Assembly: GCA_963920595.1 (NCBI GenBank)
Contig: OY986948.1
Coordinates: 62,001-126,000 of the forward strand
Direction: 5' to 3'
Source: Eimeria praecox
Taxonomy: Eukaryota
DNA length: 64,000 nucleotides
Below the pieces are notes generated by a model. That model was not told the origin of the DNA, made no database searches, and saw only the letters and a program-made list of their open reading frames with translations. The translations under genes were made by a program, and so were the position numbers. Positions 26,701 to 41,800 of this stretch are shown here, in pieces; positions within the stretch are counted from its first letter, which is position 1; every line of letters starts with the position of its first letter.

Positions 26701-29700
26701 TGGCCCACCCGCCTCAAGCAGTGCGCACTCCCTGCGTGTCGTGTGATTGTCGAACCCGTGCTCATCGCCCGACACAGACACACCCTCCGCGCCCCCGTCA
26801 CCCGTAAACCCTCTTCTGGGAAATCTACTGATATTAATCCTCCATCCCATTGCACCAACCAATTCCTGTCTTGAACAGGCAGCCAGCCTGCTAGCTCGCC
26901 GTCTGCGTGAAAAAGCGCATGCCATATCGTGTTACTAGCGCACCACAGTAATGCATCATCAGGACACGCACAACTGGTGAGGTCCAGTCAGTGCTATGCT
27001 ATGCTTGTTCTTGCAGTGTCAAGGCAAGTGCATAAGGCTAGCAATGCGCTTGGAAACCGCCGCTGCAGGGCAGCTCGGTGCTTTGAATACATATGGGTGT
27101 GTGAGTCGAGCCAAACTGTGCAAATCAAAATCCCGCCACATACGCACTTGCTGCGTCAGCAGTCAGCAACCATCTTCTGGCCCCGCAATACTTATACACC
27201 GTCTGGCTTTGCATGGCCTCTGCATGTGCTTGCAGATGCCCCACAATCACACCCAACTCCCAGCATTTACGACGCTTTCCTCAAGCACGATCGAGTGTCT
27301 GCCTATACGCTCGACAACACTTCGCTTAACCTGGAATATTCGTCTAGAATTGAAAACGTCACACCGCCAGGCTCGCTGCACCGAGCATTAATAGTATCTC
27401 TTCTCTGAGCAACTAAGGAAACCGAACACTGTAGGCTGAATGCTCAAACGTTGAACTTGGTAAGCGGCTGTTTGCCGCAGACGATTGTACCTTTGCCCCC
27501 AACCCTGAGTTGCCTACGTGTGAAATCATATACGCACTGGCTGCAAGCTCAGTTAATCCATTCATGCTCATTGTGCTTGCAGGTCCATTTGCAGGTCCTG
27601 CATTGCACTAATGCTGCATATGAGTGGTTCCGTGAAAAAGCAGGAGACTGCCGGCCTACCCACAAGGAGCCATTCCCCCCCATAAATACGCCAAACTGCA
27701 ATCTCGATATCCCCACCAAAACCTTCAAGACCTGGTGCTCCCGCAGTACCACGCATTAATGCATGCCTAGGGAGGATGGACAAGGCTGCATGCGCCCAAC
27801 ATCAGTTGTGCTCCTCAGAAACCAAGGAGGCCGATGACGGTCAACTGCGTGATCAAAGTTAAAATTAAATAGGTGGCTGTTTGGCAAGCGGCGTTCTTCA
27901 CCCATCTTAACTTATTCTACAGGTGGCCTAACCCCGTCCTCCATGCATTGGCTGCGTCATGCCCATATCTCCCCCTTACGCTTGTGTGCAGCAGGGCACA
28001 CGGACCAAGTCTCGTCTGGTCGAAGCCAAATATCGACGCGACGAACCAAGAAGACACCAATGTGCGGCAGCGTAATCATGAAGCGCCAGCGCTAAGCACC
28101 TATGCATCAATTGCATCTTTTGCCTGGCCCACCCGCCTCAAGCAGTCCGCACTCGCTGTGTGTCGTGTCGTTGTCCAACCCGTGCTCATCGTGCTACGCA
28201 GACACACCCTCCGCGCCCCCGTCACCCGTATGCCCGCTTATGAGAAATCTACTAATATTAACCCCCCATCCCATTGCACCAACCATTTCATGTCTTGAGC
28301 AGGCAGCCAGCCTGCTAGCTCGCCGTCTGCGTGAAAAAGCGCATGCCATATCGTGTTACTAGCGCACCACAGTAATGCATCATCCGGACACGCACAACTG
28401 GTGAGGTCCAGCCAGTACTATGCTATGCTTGTTCTTGCAGTGCCAAAGGAAGTGCATACGCCTAGCAATACGCTTGGAAACCGCCGTTGCAGGGCAGCTC
28501 GATGCTTTGCATGCATATAGGTGTGTGAGTCGAGCCAAACTGCGCAAATCAAAAACCCGCCCCATACGCACTTGCTGCGTCAGCAGTCAGCAGGCATCTG
28601 GTGGCCCCGCAATGCTTGTGCACCTTCTGGCTTTGCATGGCTTCTGCATGTGCTTGTAGATGCTCCACAGTCACACCCAACTCCCAGCATTCACGGCCCT
28701 TTCCTCAACCACGATCCAGTGCAGGCCTAGACGCCCGACAACAATTCGCTAAACCTGCAATGCACCTTGGGAGTTGGACGCCTAGTCCATAAGCTTGCGT
28801 GCAGCGAACAACAACTGTGCCTCTGCAAAAACAAGGACGCCGAATGCTGTTGACTGGGTGCTCAAATGGCGAAGTTGGTACATTGTTGTTTGTCGCATGG
28901 GATTATGCCTTTGCTCCCATAACGCCAGTTGCCTACGTGCGAAATCCGTTGTATACCCACTAGCTGCACGCTCAATTGATTCATCCATATCCACTGTGTT
29001 TGGAAAATGCATCTGCAGGTCCTGTACTGATGCTGCATCTGAGTGGTTCCGCGCCAGTGCGGGCGACTGTCGGCCCAAGCACATGCAGCAGCCACCCCGA
29101 AAAACACGCCATACTGCTAAATCGATATCATCATCAAGACCTGCAAGGCATGGTGTTCCCGCAGTATCGCGCTTTGGCGCAGGAACAAGGAGGATGCCTA
29201 ACACATGCAAATTAAAAAGTTAAACACTAACTATAGTGAATTGCTTGTGCGATCCCCCGTCAACTTCCTTTCAGTTTCACTCTTGCGAGCGTACTACTCC
29301 TTAGCGTTCGTATATCAGAGTCAGTACTGCCCCACTAAAATGCCTTCGCTTTTGGACATGGCTCCATGGGCCAAAAATCAGTTGTGCTCCTCAGAAACCA
29401 AGGGCGGCTATTAATGTCAAATATGTGTTTAGAGTTCCAAGTGTGGGTAGTCGGCTGTCTGCCATGCAACTGTTCCTTTGCATCTCAACGTAAGGTGCCG
29501 GTACCCCAATAACCTCATATGCGCACTATCTGAGTCATGCATGTACCGTCCGTCTAGTCCCATACGCAGTCTTGCGAGTACTGGCGGCCACACCACGGAA
29601 CCAAATTCTTGGGGCAGCTCAACATAAACAGCAGTATGCAAACGCTATTCATATACTACACAGATTATTCCAGTACAGTGTTCCTGGTTGTAGCGAAGCT

Positions 29701-29910
29701 TAAATATTCAACCTAACATTAGGCATATTGTGAGCTTCGATTTTATTGCAAACTCTATATGGCTTATCCCCCTCTCAAAAGGCCACTGCTCTCTCACGAC
29801 GTCACAGCCTTGCATTGCTGCTGCATCTGTGTTTGGGTCCGCAGCGGCGATTCTCTGCCTTCCACGTGCACCCTACATCGCCTGCACCGCGCGCCACATT
29901 GACATTTGGA
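22930..29910 (+). repeat. Higher-order duplicated block, copy 2
   Basis: Near-identical to ~6270-13250 at offset 16659-16660, including the rare modules and the C-tract (7971 vs 24630). Confidence 0.93.
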
Positions 29911-32900
29911 CATCCGCATGCAAATACGAGCAACCCGTTTACACTGTTTCGAGAGAGCACTGCAGTAGGGCATACGGACCAAGTCTCGTCTGGTCGAAGA
30001 CAAATATGGACGCGACGAGCCAAGATGACTCCAGTGTGCGGCAGCGTAATCATGAAGTGCCAGCGCTAAGCACCTATGCATCAATTGCATCTTTTGCCTG
30101 GCCGAACAGCCTCATGCAGTCCGCACTCGCTGTATGTCATGGCGTTGTCGAACCTGTACTCATGGCCCTACACAGACACACCCTCCGCTCTCCCGTCACC
30201 CGTACATCCTCTTCTGGGAAATCTACTGATATTAACCCTCCACCCCACTTCACCAGCCATTTCATGTCTTGAACAGGCAGCCAGCCTGCTAGCTCGCCGT
30301 TTGCGTGAAAAACCGCATGGCGTATGATGTTACTAGGGCACCACAATAATCCATCATCCGGACACGCACAGCTGGTGAGGTCCAGCCAGTACTATGCTAT
30401 GCTTGTTCGTGCAGTGCCAAGGGAAGTGCATACGCCTAGCAATGCACTCGGAAACCGCCGCTGCAGGGCAGGTCGATGTTTTGAATACATATAGGTGTGT
30501 GAGTCGAGCCAAACTGTGCAAATCAAAGGCCCGCCCAATGTCCACCTTCTACGTTAGCGGCCAGCAGGCGTCTGCTGGCCCCGCAATGCTTGTACACCTT
30601 CTGGCTTTGCATGGCCTTTGCATGTGCTCGCAGGTGCCCCACAGCCACACCCAACTCCCAGCCGTTACCACCCTTTCCTCCAGCACGATCCAGTGTCTGC
30701 CTAGACGCTCGACAACACTTCGCTAAACCTGGAATACTCGTCTGCAGGCAAAATGCCACCCGACAGGGTTATATGCGCTGAACACTAATTGTGCCTCTGA
30801 GAAACTAAGGAAGCTGAGTACTGTCGACTTGGTGCTAAAAGGTTGAAGTGGGCATGCGGAGGTTTGCAGCATGCGGCTGTGCCTTCGCCCCCAAACCCGA
30901 GTTGCCTACGTGCGAAATCCGTCATATACGCACTATCTGCACATTCAATTAATCTATCCATGCTCACTATGTTTGCAAGACTATCTGCAGCTCCTGCACT
31001 GGTGCTGCATCTGCGTGTTGGAGTGCCGGTGCGAACGATTGCCGGCCTACACACAAGCAGCAAGACACCCTTCATAAATCTGCCAAACGCCTACTCCGGT
31101 ATCTCCATCAAAGTCCTCACAACCGGTGGTGGTTCCCTAGTATGGCGCAGCAACGCAAGACTAGGGACGATGGGCAAAGCTGCATGCGCTAAAAATCAAT
31201 TGTGCTCCTCAGAAACCAAGAACGCCTAATATTGTCAGCCGCACGATCAAAGTTTAAAGCGGGTACGCCGCTGTTTCGCGTGGAGCTGTTCCTTTGCATC
31301 TCAACGTAAGCTGCCGGTGCACCAACCCCCCCATATGTGTATTAGCTGAGTCACGTATATATCGCATTTTTCCTCGCAGTCTTGTGCACACTGGCCGCCA
31401 CACCATGGAACCAAATTCATGGCGGAGCTCAACATAAACAGTACTAGTAAAAAGGGCCCAACGCTTGCAAAAGTAATTCATACAGTACACAGATTATGAA
31501 CGTGCACAGCTTTCGGCTCTAGAAAAGCTTACATATTCCACTTACCATTAGGCATATTGTGAGTTTAGGTCTTACTGCAACCGCTATATGGCTTATTGCC
31601 CTCTCAAAAGGCCACTGCTCTCTCACGACGTCACAGCCTTGCATTGCTGCTGCATCTGTGTTTGGGTCCGCAGCGGTGATTCCCTGCCTTCCACGTGCAC
31701 CCTACACCGCCTGCGCCGCGCGCCACATTGACATTTGGTTATCCGCATGCAAATACGAGCAACCCGTTTACACTGTTTCGAGAGAGCACTGCAGTAGGGC
31801 ATACGGACCAAGTCTCGTCTGGTCGAAGACAAATATGGACGCGACGAGTCAAGATGACTCCAGTGTGCGGCAGCGTAATCATGAAGTGCCAGCGCTAAGC
31901 ACCTATGCATCAATTGCATCTTTTGCCTGGCCGACCAGCCTCAAGCAGTCCGCACTCGCTGTATGTCGTGGCGTTGTCGAACCTGGGCTCATCGCCCTAC
32001 ACAGACACACCCTCCGCTCTCCCGTCACCCGTACATCCTCTTCTGGGAAATCTACTCATATTAACTTCCCATCCCACTACACCAACCATTTCATGTCTTG
32101 AACAGGCAGCCAGCCTGCTAGCTCGCCGTTTGCGTGAAAAACCGCATGGCGTATGATGTTACTAGGGCACCACAATAATCCATCATCCGGACACGCACAG
32201 CTGGTGACGTCCAGCCAGTACTATGCTATGCTTGTTCTTGCAGTGCCAAGGGAAGTGCATAAGGCTAGCAATGCGCTCGAAAACCGCCGTTGCAGGGCAG
32301 CTCGATGTTTTGAATACATATAGGTGTGTGAGTCGAGCCAAACTGTGCAAATCAAAGGCCCGCCCAATGTCCACCTTCTACGTTAGCGGCCAGCAGGCGT
32401 CTGCTGGCCCCGCAATGCTTGTACACCTTCTGGCTTTGCATGGCCTTTGCATGTGCTCGCAGGTGCCCCACAGCCACACCCAACTCCCAGCCGTTACCAC
32501 CCTTTCCTCCAGCACGATCCAGTGTCTGCCTAGACGCTCGACAACACTTCGCTAAACCTGGAATACTCGTCTGCAGGCAAAATGCCACCCGACAGGGTTA
32601 TATGCGCTGAACACTAATTGTGCCTCTGAGAAACTAAGGAAGCTGAGTACTGTCGACTTGGTGCTAAAAGGTTGAAGTGGGCATGCGGAGGTTTGCAGCA
32701 TGCGGCTGTGCCTTCGCCCCCAAACCCGAGTTGCCTACGTGCGAAATCCGTCATATACGCACTGGCTGCACATTCAATTAATCTATCCATGCTCACTATG
32801 TTTGCAAGACTATCTGCAGCTCCTGCACTGGTGCTGCATCTGTGTGTTGGAGTGCCGGTGCGAACGATTGCCGGCCTACACACAAGCGGCAATACACCCT

Positions 32901-33670
32901 TCATAAATCTGCCAAACGCCTACTCCGGTATCTCCATCAAAGCCCTCACAGCCGGTGGTAGTTCCCTAGTATGGCGCAGCAACGCAAGACTAGGGACGAT
33001 GGGCAAAGCTGCATGCGCTAAAAATCAATTGTGCTCCTCAGAAACCAAGAACGCCTAATATTGTCAGCCGCACGATCAAAGTTTAAAGCGGGTACGCCGC
33101 TGTTTGGCGTGGAGCTGTTCCTTTGCATCTCAACGTAAGCTGCCGGTGCACCAACCCCCCCATATGTGTATTAGCTGAGTCACGTATATATCGCATTTTT
33201 CCTCGCAGTCTTGTGCACACTGGCCGCCACACCATGGAACCAAATTCATGGCGGAGCTCAACATAAACAGTACTAGTAAAAAGGGCCCAACGCTTGCAAA
33301 AGTAATTCATACAGTACACAGATTATGAACGTGCACAGCTTTCGGCTCTAGAAAAGCTTACATATTCCACTTACCATTAGGCATATTGTGAGTTTAGGTC
33401 TTACTGCAACCGCTATATGGCTTATTGCCCTCTCAAAAGGCCACTGCTCTCTCACGACGTCACAGCCTTGCATTGCTGCTGCATCTGTGTTTGGGTCCGC
33501 AGCGGTGATTCCCTGCCTTCCACGTGCACCCTACACCGCCTGCGCCGCGCGCCACATTGACATTTGGTTATCCGCATGCAAATACGAGCAACCCGTTTAC
33601 ACTGTTTCGAGAGAGCACTGCAGTAGGGCATACGGACCAAGTCTCGTCTGGTCGAAGACAAATATGGACG
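29750..33670 (+). repeat. 1829-bp unit doublet (module D)
   Basis: ORF pairs 30076/31905, 30843/32672 and 31559/33388, offset 1829. A third D module lies at ~42520-43130. Confidence 0.92.
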
Positions 33671-33699
33671 CGACACGCAGGGAGTGCTCAAGAAGACTC

Positions 33700-36600
33700 C
33701 AATGTGCGGCAGCGTAATCATGAAGCGCCAGTGCTAAGCACCTATGCATCAATTGCATCTTTTGCCTGGCCCACCCGCCTCATGCAGTGCGCACTTGCTG
33801 CATGTCCCGTCATTGTGGAACCTGTGCTCATCGTGCTACACAGACACACCCTCCGCGCCCCCGTCACCCGTAAACCCTCTTCTGGGAAATCTACTGATAT
33901 TAACCCCCCATCCCATTGCACCAACCAATTCCTGTCTTGAGCAGGCAGCCAGCCTGCTAGCTCGCCGTTTGCGTGAAAAAGCGCATGCCATATGGTGTTA
34001 CTAGCGCACCACAGTAATGCATCATCCGGACACGCACAGCTGGTGACGTCCAGCCAGTACTATGCTATGCTTGTTCTTGTAGTGCCAAGGGAAGTGCATA
34101 AGGCTAGCAATGCGCTTGGAAACCGCCGCTGCAGGGCAGCTCGATTCTTTGAATACATATAGGTGTGTGAGTCGAGGCAAACCGCGCAAATCAAAAGCCC
34201 GCCCCATAGGCACTTGCTGCGTCAGCAGTCAGCAACCATCCGGCCGCCCAATACTTGTGCACCTTCTGGCTTTGCATGGCCTCTGCATGTGCTTGCAGAA
34301 GCCCCACAGTCACATCCAACTCCCAGCCGTTACCAACATTTCCTCAAGCACGATCCAGTGTCTGCCTAGACGATCGACAACACTTCGCTAAGCCTGCAAT
34401 GCTCGTCTAGAGTTCAAAGATAACACCGACAGGGTCGCTGCACCGCGCATTTATTGTATCTCTTCTCTGAGCAACTAGGGAAACCGAACACTGTAGGCTG
34501 AATGCTCAAACGTTGAACTTGGTAAGCGGCTGTTTGCCGCAGACGATTGTACCTTTGCCTCCAGACCTGAGTTGCCTACGTGCTAAATCCATCATACACG
34601 CACTGGCTGCAAACTCAGTTAATCGACTCATGCGCACTGTGTTTGCAGGTCCATTTGCAGGCCCTACATCGCACTAATGCTGCATATGAGTGGTTCCGTG
34701 CAAAAGCCGGCGACTGCCGGCCCACCCGCAAGGAGCAATTCCCCCCCATAAATACGCCCAACTACAATCTCGGTATCCCCATCAAAACCTTCAAGACCTG
34801 GTGCTCAGGCAGTACCACGCATTAACGCAGGTCTAGAGAGGATGGACAAGGCTGCATGCGCCAAAAATCAGTTGTGCTCCTCAGAAGCCAAGGAAACCTA
34901 TGACTCTCTGCTGCGTCTTCAGAGTTTGAAGTGGGTAGGCGCCTGTTTGCGAGGCAACTGTTTCTTGGCATCTCAAGGTAAGGTGCTAGTACCCCAATTG
35001 CCTGATATGCGCACTGCGTGGTCCCGCATATATCGTTCGTCTAGTCCTGTGTGGAGCCTTGTGCATACTGGCTGCCGCACCATGGAACCAATGCGTGTTG
35101 GAGCTCAACATAAATAGTACTAGTAAAAAGGACCCAACGCTTGCAAAAGTAATTCATATAGCACACATATTATGAGCGTGCACTGTGTCTGGTTCTACCA
35201 AAGCTTAAATATTCAACTTAACATTAGGCATATTGTGAGTTTGGGTCATACTGCAACCTCTATATGGCTTATCCCCCTCTCAAAAGGCCACTGCTCTCTC
35301 ACGACGTCACAGCTTTGCATTGCTGCTGCATCTGTGTTTGGATCCGCAGCGGCGATTCCCTGCCTTCCACGTGCACCCTACATCGCCTGCGCCGCGCGCC
35401 ACATTGACATTTGGACATCCGCATGCAAACACAAGCAACCCGCTCGCACTGTCCTGAGAGAGCGCTGCAGTAGGGCACACGGACCAAGTCTCGTCTGGTC
35501 GAAGACAAATATGGACGCGACGAGCCAAGATGACTCCAGTGTGCGGCAGCGTAATCATGAAGCGCCAGTGGTAAGCACCTGTGCATCAATTGCATCTTTT
35601 GCCTGGCCCACCCGCCTCAAGCAGCGCGCATTTGCTGTATGTCGTGTCGTTGTCGAACCTGTGCTCATCGTGCTACACAGACACACCCTCCGCTCTCCCG
35701 TTACCCGTACACCCGCTTCTGGGAAATCTACTGATATTAATCCTCCATCCCATTGCACCAACCATTTCATGTCTTGAACAGGCAGCCAGCCTGCTAGCTC
35801 GCCGTTTGCGTGAAAAAGCGCATGCCATATGGTGTTACTAGCGCACCACAGTAATGCATCATCCGGACACGCACAGCTGGTGAGGTCCAGCCAGTACTAT
35901 GCTATGCTTGTTCTTGTAGTGCCAAGGGAAGTGCATAAGGCTAGCAATGCGCTTGGAAACCGCCGCTACAGGGCAGCTCGATGCTTTGAATACATATAGG
36001 TGTGTGAGTCGAGGCAAACCGCGCAAATCAAAAGCCCGCCCCATACGCACTTGCTGGGTCATTAGTCAGCAACCATCCGGCCGCCCAATACTTGTGCACC
36101 TTCTGGCTTTGCATGGCTTTTGCATGTGCTTGCAGATGCCCCACAGTCACATCCAACTCCCAGCAATTACGATCCTTTCCTCAAGCACGATCCAGTGTCT
36201 GCCTAGACGCTCGACAACACTTCGCTAAGCCTGCAATGCTCGTCTAGAGTTCAAAGATAACACCGACAGGGTCGCTGCACCGCGCATTTATTGTATCTCT
36301 TCTCTGAGCAACTAGGGAAACCGAACACTGTAGGCTGAATGCTCAAACGTTGAACTTGGTAAGCGGCTGTTTGCCGCAGACGATTGTACCTTTGCCCCCA
36401 GACCTGAGTTGCCTACGTGCTAAATCCATCATACACGCACTGGCTGCAAACTCAGTTAATCGACTCATGCGCACTGTGTTTGCAGGTCCATTTGCAGGCC
36501 CTACATCGCACTAATGCTGCATATGAGTGGTTCCGTGCAAAAGCCGGCGACTGCCGGCCCACCCGCAAGGAGCAATTCCCCCCCATAAATACGCCCAACT

Positions 36601-37100
36601 ACAATCTCGGTATCCCCTTCAAAACCTTCAAGACCTGGTGCTCAGGCAGTACCACGCATTAACGCAGGTCTAGAGAGGATGGACAAGGCTGCATGCGCCA
36701 AAAATCAGTTGTGCTCCTCAGAAGCCAAGGAAACCTATGACTCTCTGCTGCGTCTTCAGAGTTTGAAGTGGGTAGGCGCCTGTTTGCGAGGCAACTGTTT
36801 CTTGGCATCTCAAGGTAAGGTGCTAGTACCCCAATTGCCTGATATGCGCACTGTGTGGTCCCGCATATATCGTTCGTCTAGTCCTGTGTGGAGCCTTGTG
36901 CATACTGGCTGCCGCACCATGGAACCAATGCGCGTTGGAGCTCAACATAAATAGTACTAGTAAAAAGGACCCAACGCTTGCAAAAGTAATTCATATAGCA
37001 CACATATCATGAGAGTGCACTGTGTCTGGTTCTACCAAAGCTTAAATATTCAACTTAACATTAGGCATATTGTGAGTTTGGATTTTATTGCAGACTCTAT
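33700..37100 (+). repeat. 1837-bp unit doublet (module B variant)
   Basis: ORF pairs 33744/35581, 34842/36679 and 35172/37009, offset 1837. Confidence 0.92.
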
Positions 37101-37739
37101 ATGGCTTATCCCCCTCGCAAAAGGTCACAGCCTTGCATTCCTGCTTCATCTGTGTTTGGGTCTGCAGCAGCGATTCCCTGCCTTCCACGTGCACCATACA
37201 CCGTCTGCGCCGCGTGTGACATTGACATTTGGGCATCCGCATGCAAACACAAGCAACCCGCTCGCACTATTCATTCGCCTCTCAGCGTTATCTGGCTGCG
37301 CCCTAACCCGCCCATGTGCGCACTGGCTGAGTCATCCATGTATTGTTCGTCTAAACCAGTGTGACGGCTTGTGCATACTGGCTGCCACACGGCGGGAGCA
37401 ATGCGTGGTGGAGCTCAATATAAACAGTACTAGTAAAAAGGACCCAATGCGTGCAAACGTAACTCACAAGCTACACAGATTATGAGCGTGGACTGTGTCT
37501 GGTTGTAGCAAATCTTAAATATTCAGCTTGCCATTAGGCATATTGTGAGTTTGAAGTTTATCTTATTGCAACCTCTATATGGCTTGTCGCCCTCTCAAAA
37601 GGCCACTGCTCTCTCACGACGTCACAGCCTTGCATTGCTGCGGCATCTGTGTTTGGGTCCGCAGCGGCGATTCCCTGCTTTCCACGTGCACCCTATATCG
37701 CCTGCGCCGCGCGCCACATTGACATTTGGACATCCGCAT

Positions 37740-40700
37740 GCAAACACAAGCACCCCGCTCACACTGTCCTGAGAAAGCGCTGCAGTAGGGCACACGGACC
37801 AAGTCTCGTCTGGTCGAAGACAAATATGGACGCGACACGCAGGGAGGGCTCAAGAAGACTCCAATGTGCGGCAGCGTAATCATAAAGCGCCAGTGCTAAG
37901 CACCTATGCGTCAATTGCATCTTTTGCCTGACCCACCCCCCTCATGCAGTGCGCACTCCCTGCGTGTCGTGTCGCTGTCGAACCTGTGCTCATCGGCCTA
38001 CACAGACACACCCTCCGCTCTCCCGTCACCCGTAGACCCGCTTCTGAGAAATCTACTAATATTAACCCCCCATCCCATTGCACCAACCAATTCCTGTCTT
38101 GAGCAGGCAGCCAGCCTGCTAGCTCGCCGTTTCCGTGAAAAAGCGCATGCCATATGGTGTTACTAGCGCACCACAGTAATGCATCATCCGGACACGCACA
38201 ACTGGTGAGGTCCAGCCAGTACTATGCTATGCTTGTTCTTGCAGTGCCAAGGGAAGTGCATACGCCTAGCAATACGCTTGGAAACCGCCGTTGCAGGGCA
38301 GCTCGATGCTTTGCATGCATATAGGTGTGTGAGTCGAGCCAAACTGTGCAAATCAAAAGCCCGCCACATACGCACTTGCTGCGTCAGCAATCAGCAACCA
38401 TCTTGTCGCCGCCCAATATTTGTGCACCTTCTGGCTTTGCATGGCTTCTGCATGTGCTTGCAGATGCTCCACAGCCACACCCAACTCCCAGCATTCACGG
38501 CCCTTTCCTCAACCATGATCCAGTGTCTGCCTAGACGCCCGACAACAATTCGCTAAACCTGCAATGCACCTCGGGAGTTGGACGCCTACTCCATAAGCTT
38601 TCGTGCAGCGAACAACAACTGTGCCTCTGCAAAAACAAGGACGCCGAATGCTGTTGACTGGGTGCTCAAATGGCGAAGTTGGTACATTGTTGTTTGTCGC
38701 ATGGGATTATGCCTTTGCTCCCATAACGCCAGTTGCCTACGTGCGAAATCCGTTGTATACCCACTAGCTGCACGCTCAATTGATTCATCCATATCCACTG
38801 TGTTTGGAAAATGCATCTGCAGGTCCTGTACTGATGCTGCATCTGAGTGGTTCCGCGCCAGTGCGGGCGACTGTCGGCCCAAGCACATGCAGCAACCACC
38901 CCGATAAACACGCCATACTGCTAAATCGATATCATCATCAAGACCTGCAAGGCATGGTGTTCCCGCAGTATCGCGCTTTGGCGCAGGAATAAGGAGGATG
39001 CCTAACAGATGCAAATTAAATTGTTAAATATTAAGTATAGTGAATTGCTTGTGCGATCCCCCGTCAACTTCCTTTCAGTTTCACTCTTGCGAGCGTACTA
39101 CTCCTTAGCGTTCGCATATCAGAGTCAGTACTGCCCCACTAAAATGCCTTCGCTTTTGGACATGGCTCCATCCGCCAAACATCAGTTGTGCTCCACAGAA
39201 ACCAAGGGCGGCTATTAATGTCAAATGTGTGTTTAGAGTCCCAAGTGTGGGTAGTCGGCTGCTTGCCACGCAACTGTTCCTTCGCATCTCAACGTAAGGT
39301 GCCGGTACCCCAATCCCCCTCATATGCGCACTATCTGAGTCATGCATGTATTGTCGGTCTAGTCCCATACGCAGTATTGCGAGTACTGGCTGCCACACCA
39401 TGGAACCAAATTCTTGGGGCAGCTCAACATAAACAGCAGTATGCAAACGCTATTCATATACTACACAGATTATTCCAGTACAGTGCTCCCGGTTGTAGCA
39501 AAGCTTACATATTCAACTGAGCATTAGGCATATTGTGAGTTTGGAGTTTATTCCAACCTCTATATGGCCTATTGCCCTCTCAAAAGGCCACTGCTCTCTC
39601 ACGACGTCACAGCCTTGCATTGCTGCTGCATCTGTGTTTGGGTCCGCAGCGGCGATTCCCTGCCTCCCACGTGCACTAGACACCGTCTTCACCGGGCGCC
39701 ACAGTGCCATTTGGACATCCGCTTGCAAACACAAGCACCCCGCTCACACTGTCCTGAGAAAGCGCTGCAGTAGGGCACACGGACCAAGTCTCGTCTGGTC
39801 GAAGACAAATATGGACGCGACACGCAGGGAGGGCTCAAGAAGACTCCAATGTGCGGCAGCGTAATCATAAAGCGCCAGTGCTAAGCACCTATGCATCAAT
39901 TGCATCTTTTGCCTGGCCCACCCGCCTCAAGCAGTCCGCACCCTCTGTGTGTCGTGTCATTGTCGAACCTGTGCTCATCGTGCTACACAGACACACCCTC
40001 CGCTCTCCCGTTACCCGTAGACCCGCTTCTGGGAAATCTACCGATATTAATCCTCCATCCCATTGCACCAACCAATTCCTGTCTTGAGCAGGCAGCCAGC
40101 CTGCTAGCTCGCCGTTTGCATGAAAAAGCGCATGCCATATGGTGTTACTAGCGCACCACAGTGATGCATCATCCGGACACGCACAACTGGTGAGGTCCAT
40201 CCAGTACTATGCTATGCTTGTTCTTGCAGTGCCAAGGGAAGTGCATACGCCTAGCAATACGCTTCGAAACCGCCGTTGCAGGGCAGCTCGACGTTTTGCA
40301 TGCATATAGGTGTGTGAGTCGAGCCAAACTGTGCAAATCAAAAGCCCGCCCCATACGCACTTGCTGCGTCAGCAATCAGCAACCATCTTGTCGCCGCCCA
40401 ATGCTTGGACACCTCCTGGCTTTGCATGGCTTCTGCATGTGCGTGCAGATGCTCCACAGCCACACCCAACTCCCAGCCGTTACCAACATTTCCTCAAGCA
40501 CGATCCAGTGTCTGCCTAGACGATCGACAACCCTTCGCTAAACCTGCAATGCACCTCGGGAGTTGGACGCCTACTCCATAAGCTTTCGTTCCGCGAATAA
40601 CAACTGTGCCTCTGCAAAAACAAGGACGCCGAATGCTGTTGACTGGGTGCTCAAATGGCGAAGTGGTTGCATTATTGTTTGCGGCATGGGATTATGCCTT

Positions 40701-41800
40701 TGCTCCCATAACGTCAGTTGCCTACGTGCGAAATCCCTCATATACACACTGGCTGCACGCTCAATTGATTCATCCATATCCACTGTGTTTGGAAAATGCA
40801 TCTGCAGGTCCTGTACTGATGCTGCATCTGAGTGGTTCCGCGCCAGTGCGGGCGACTGTCTGCCCAAGCACATGCAGCAACCACCCCGATAAACACGCCA
40901 TACTGCTAAATCGATATCATCATCAAGACCTGCAAGGCATGGTGTTCCCGCAGTATCGCGCTTTGGCGCAGGAATAAGGAGGATGCCTAACAGATGCAAA
41001 TTAAATTGTTAAATATTAAGTATAGTGAATTGCTTGTGCGATCCCCCGTCAACTTCCTTTCAGTTTCACTCTTGCGAGCGTACTACTCCTTAGCGTTCGC
41101 ATATCAGAGTCAGTACTGCCCCACTAAAATGCCTTCGCTTTTGGACATGGCTCCATCCGCCAAACATCAGTTGTGCTCCACAGAAACCAAGGGCGGCTAT
41201 TAATGTCAAATGTGTGTTTAGAGTCCCAAGTGTGGGTAGTCGGCTGTTTGCCATGCAACTGTTCCTTCGCATCTCAACGTAAGGTGCCGGTACCCCAATC
41301 CCCCTCATATGCGCACTATCTGAGTCATGCATGTATTGTCGGTCTAGTCCCATACGCAGTATTGCGAGTACTGGCTGCCACACCATGGAACCAAATTCTT
41401 GGGGCAGCTCAACATAAACAGCAGTATGCAAACGCTATTCATATACTACACAGATTATTCCAGTACAGTGCTCCCGGTTGTAGCAAAGCTTACATATTCA
41501 ACTGAGCATTAGGCATATTGTGAGTTTGGAGTTTATTCCAACCTCTATATGGCCTATTGCCCTCTCAAAAGGCCACTGCTCTCTCACGACGTCACAGCCT
41601 TGCATTGCTGCTGCATCTGTGTTTGGGTCCGCAGCGGCGATTCCCTGCCTCCCACGTGCACTAGACACCGTCTTCACCGGGCGCCACAGTGCCATTTGGA
41701 CATCCGCTTGCAAACACAAGCACCCCGCTCACACTGTCCTGAGAAAGCGCTGCAGTAGGGCACACGGACCAAGTCTCGTCTGGTCAAAGACAAATATGGA
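37740..41800 (+). repeat. 1985-bp unit doublet (module C with 158-bp insert)
   Basis: ORF pairs 37906/39891, 38578/40563, 39009/40994 and 39535/41520, offset 1985. Confidence 0.92.
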
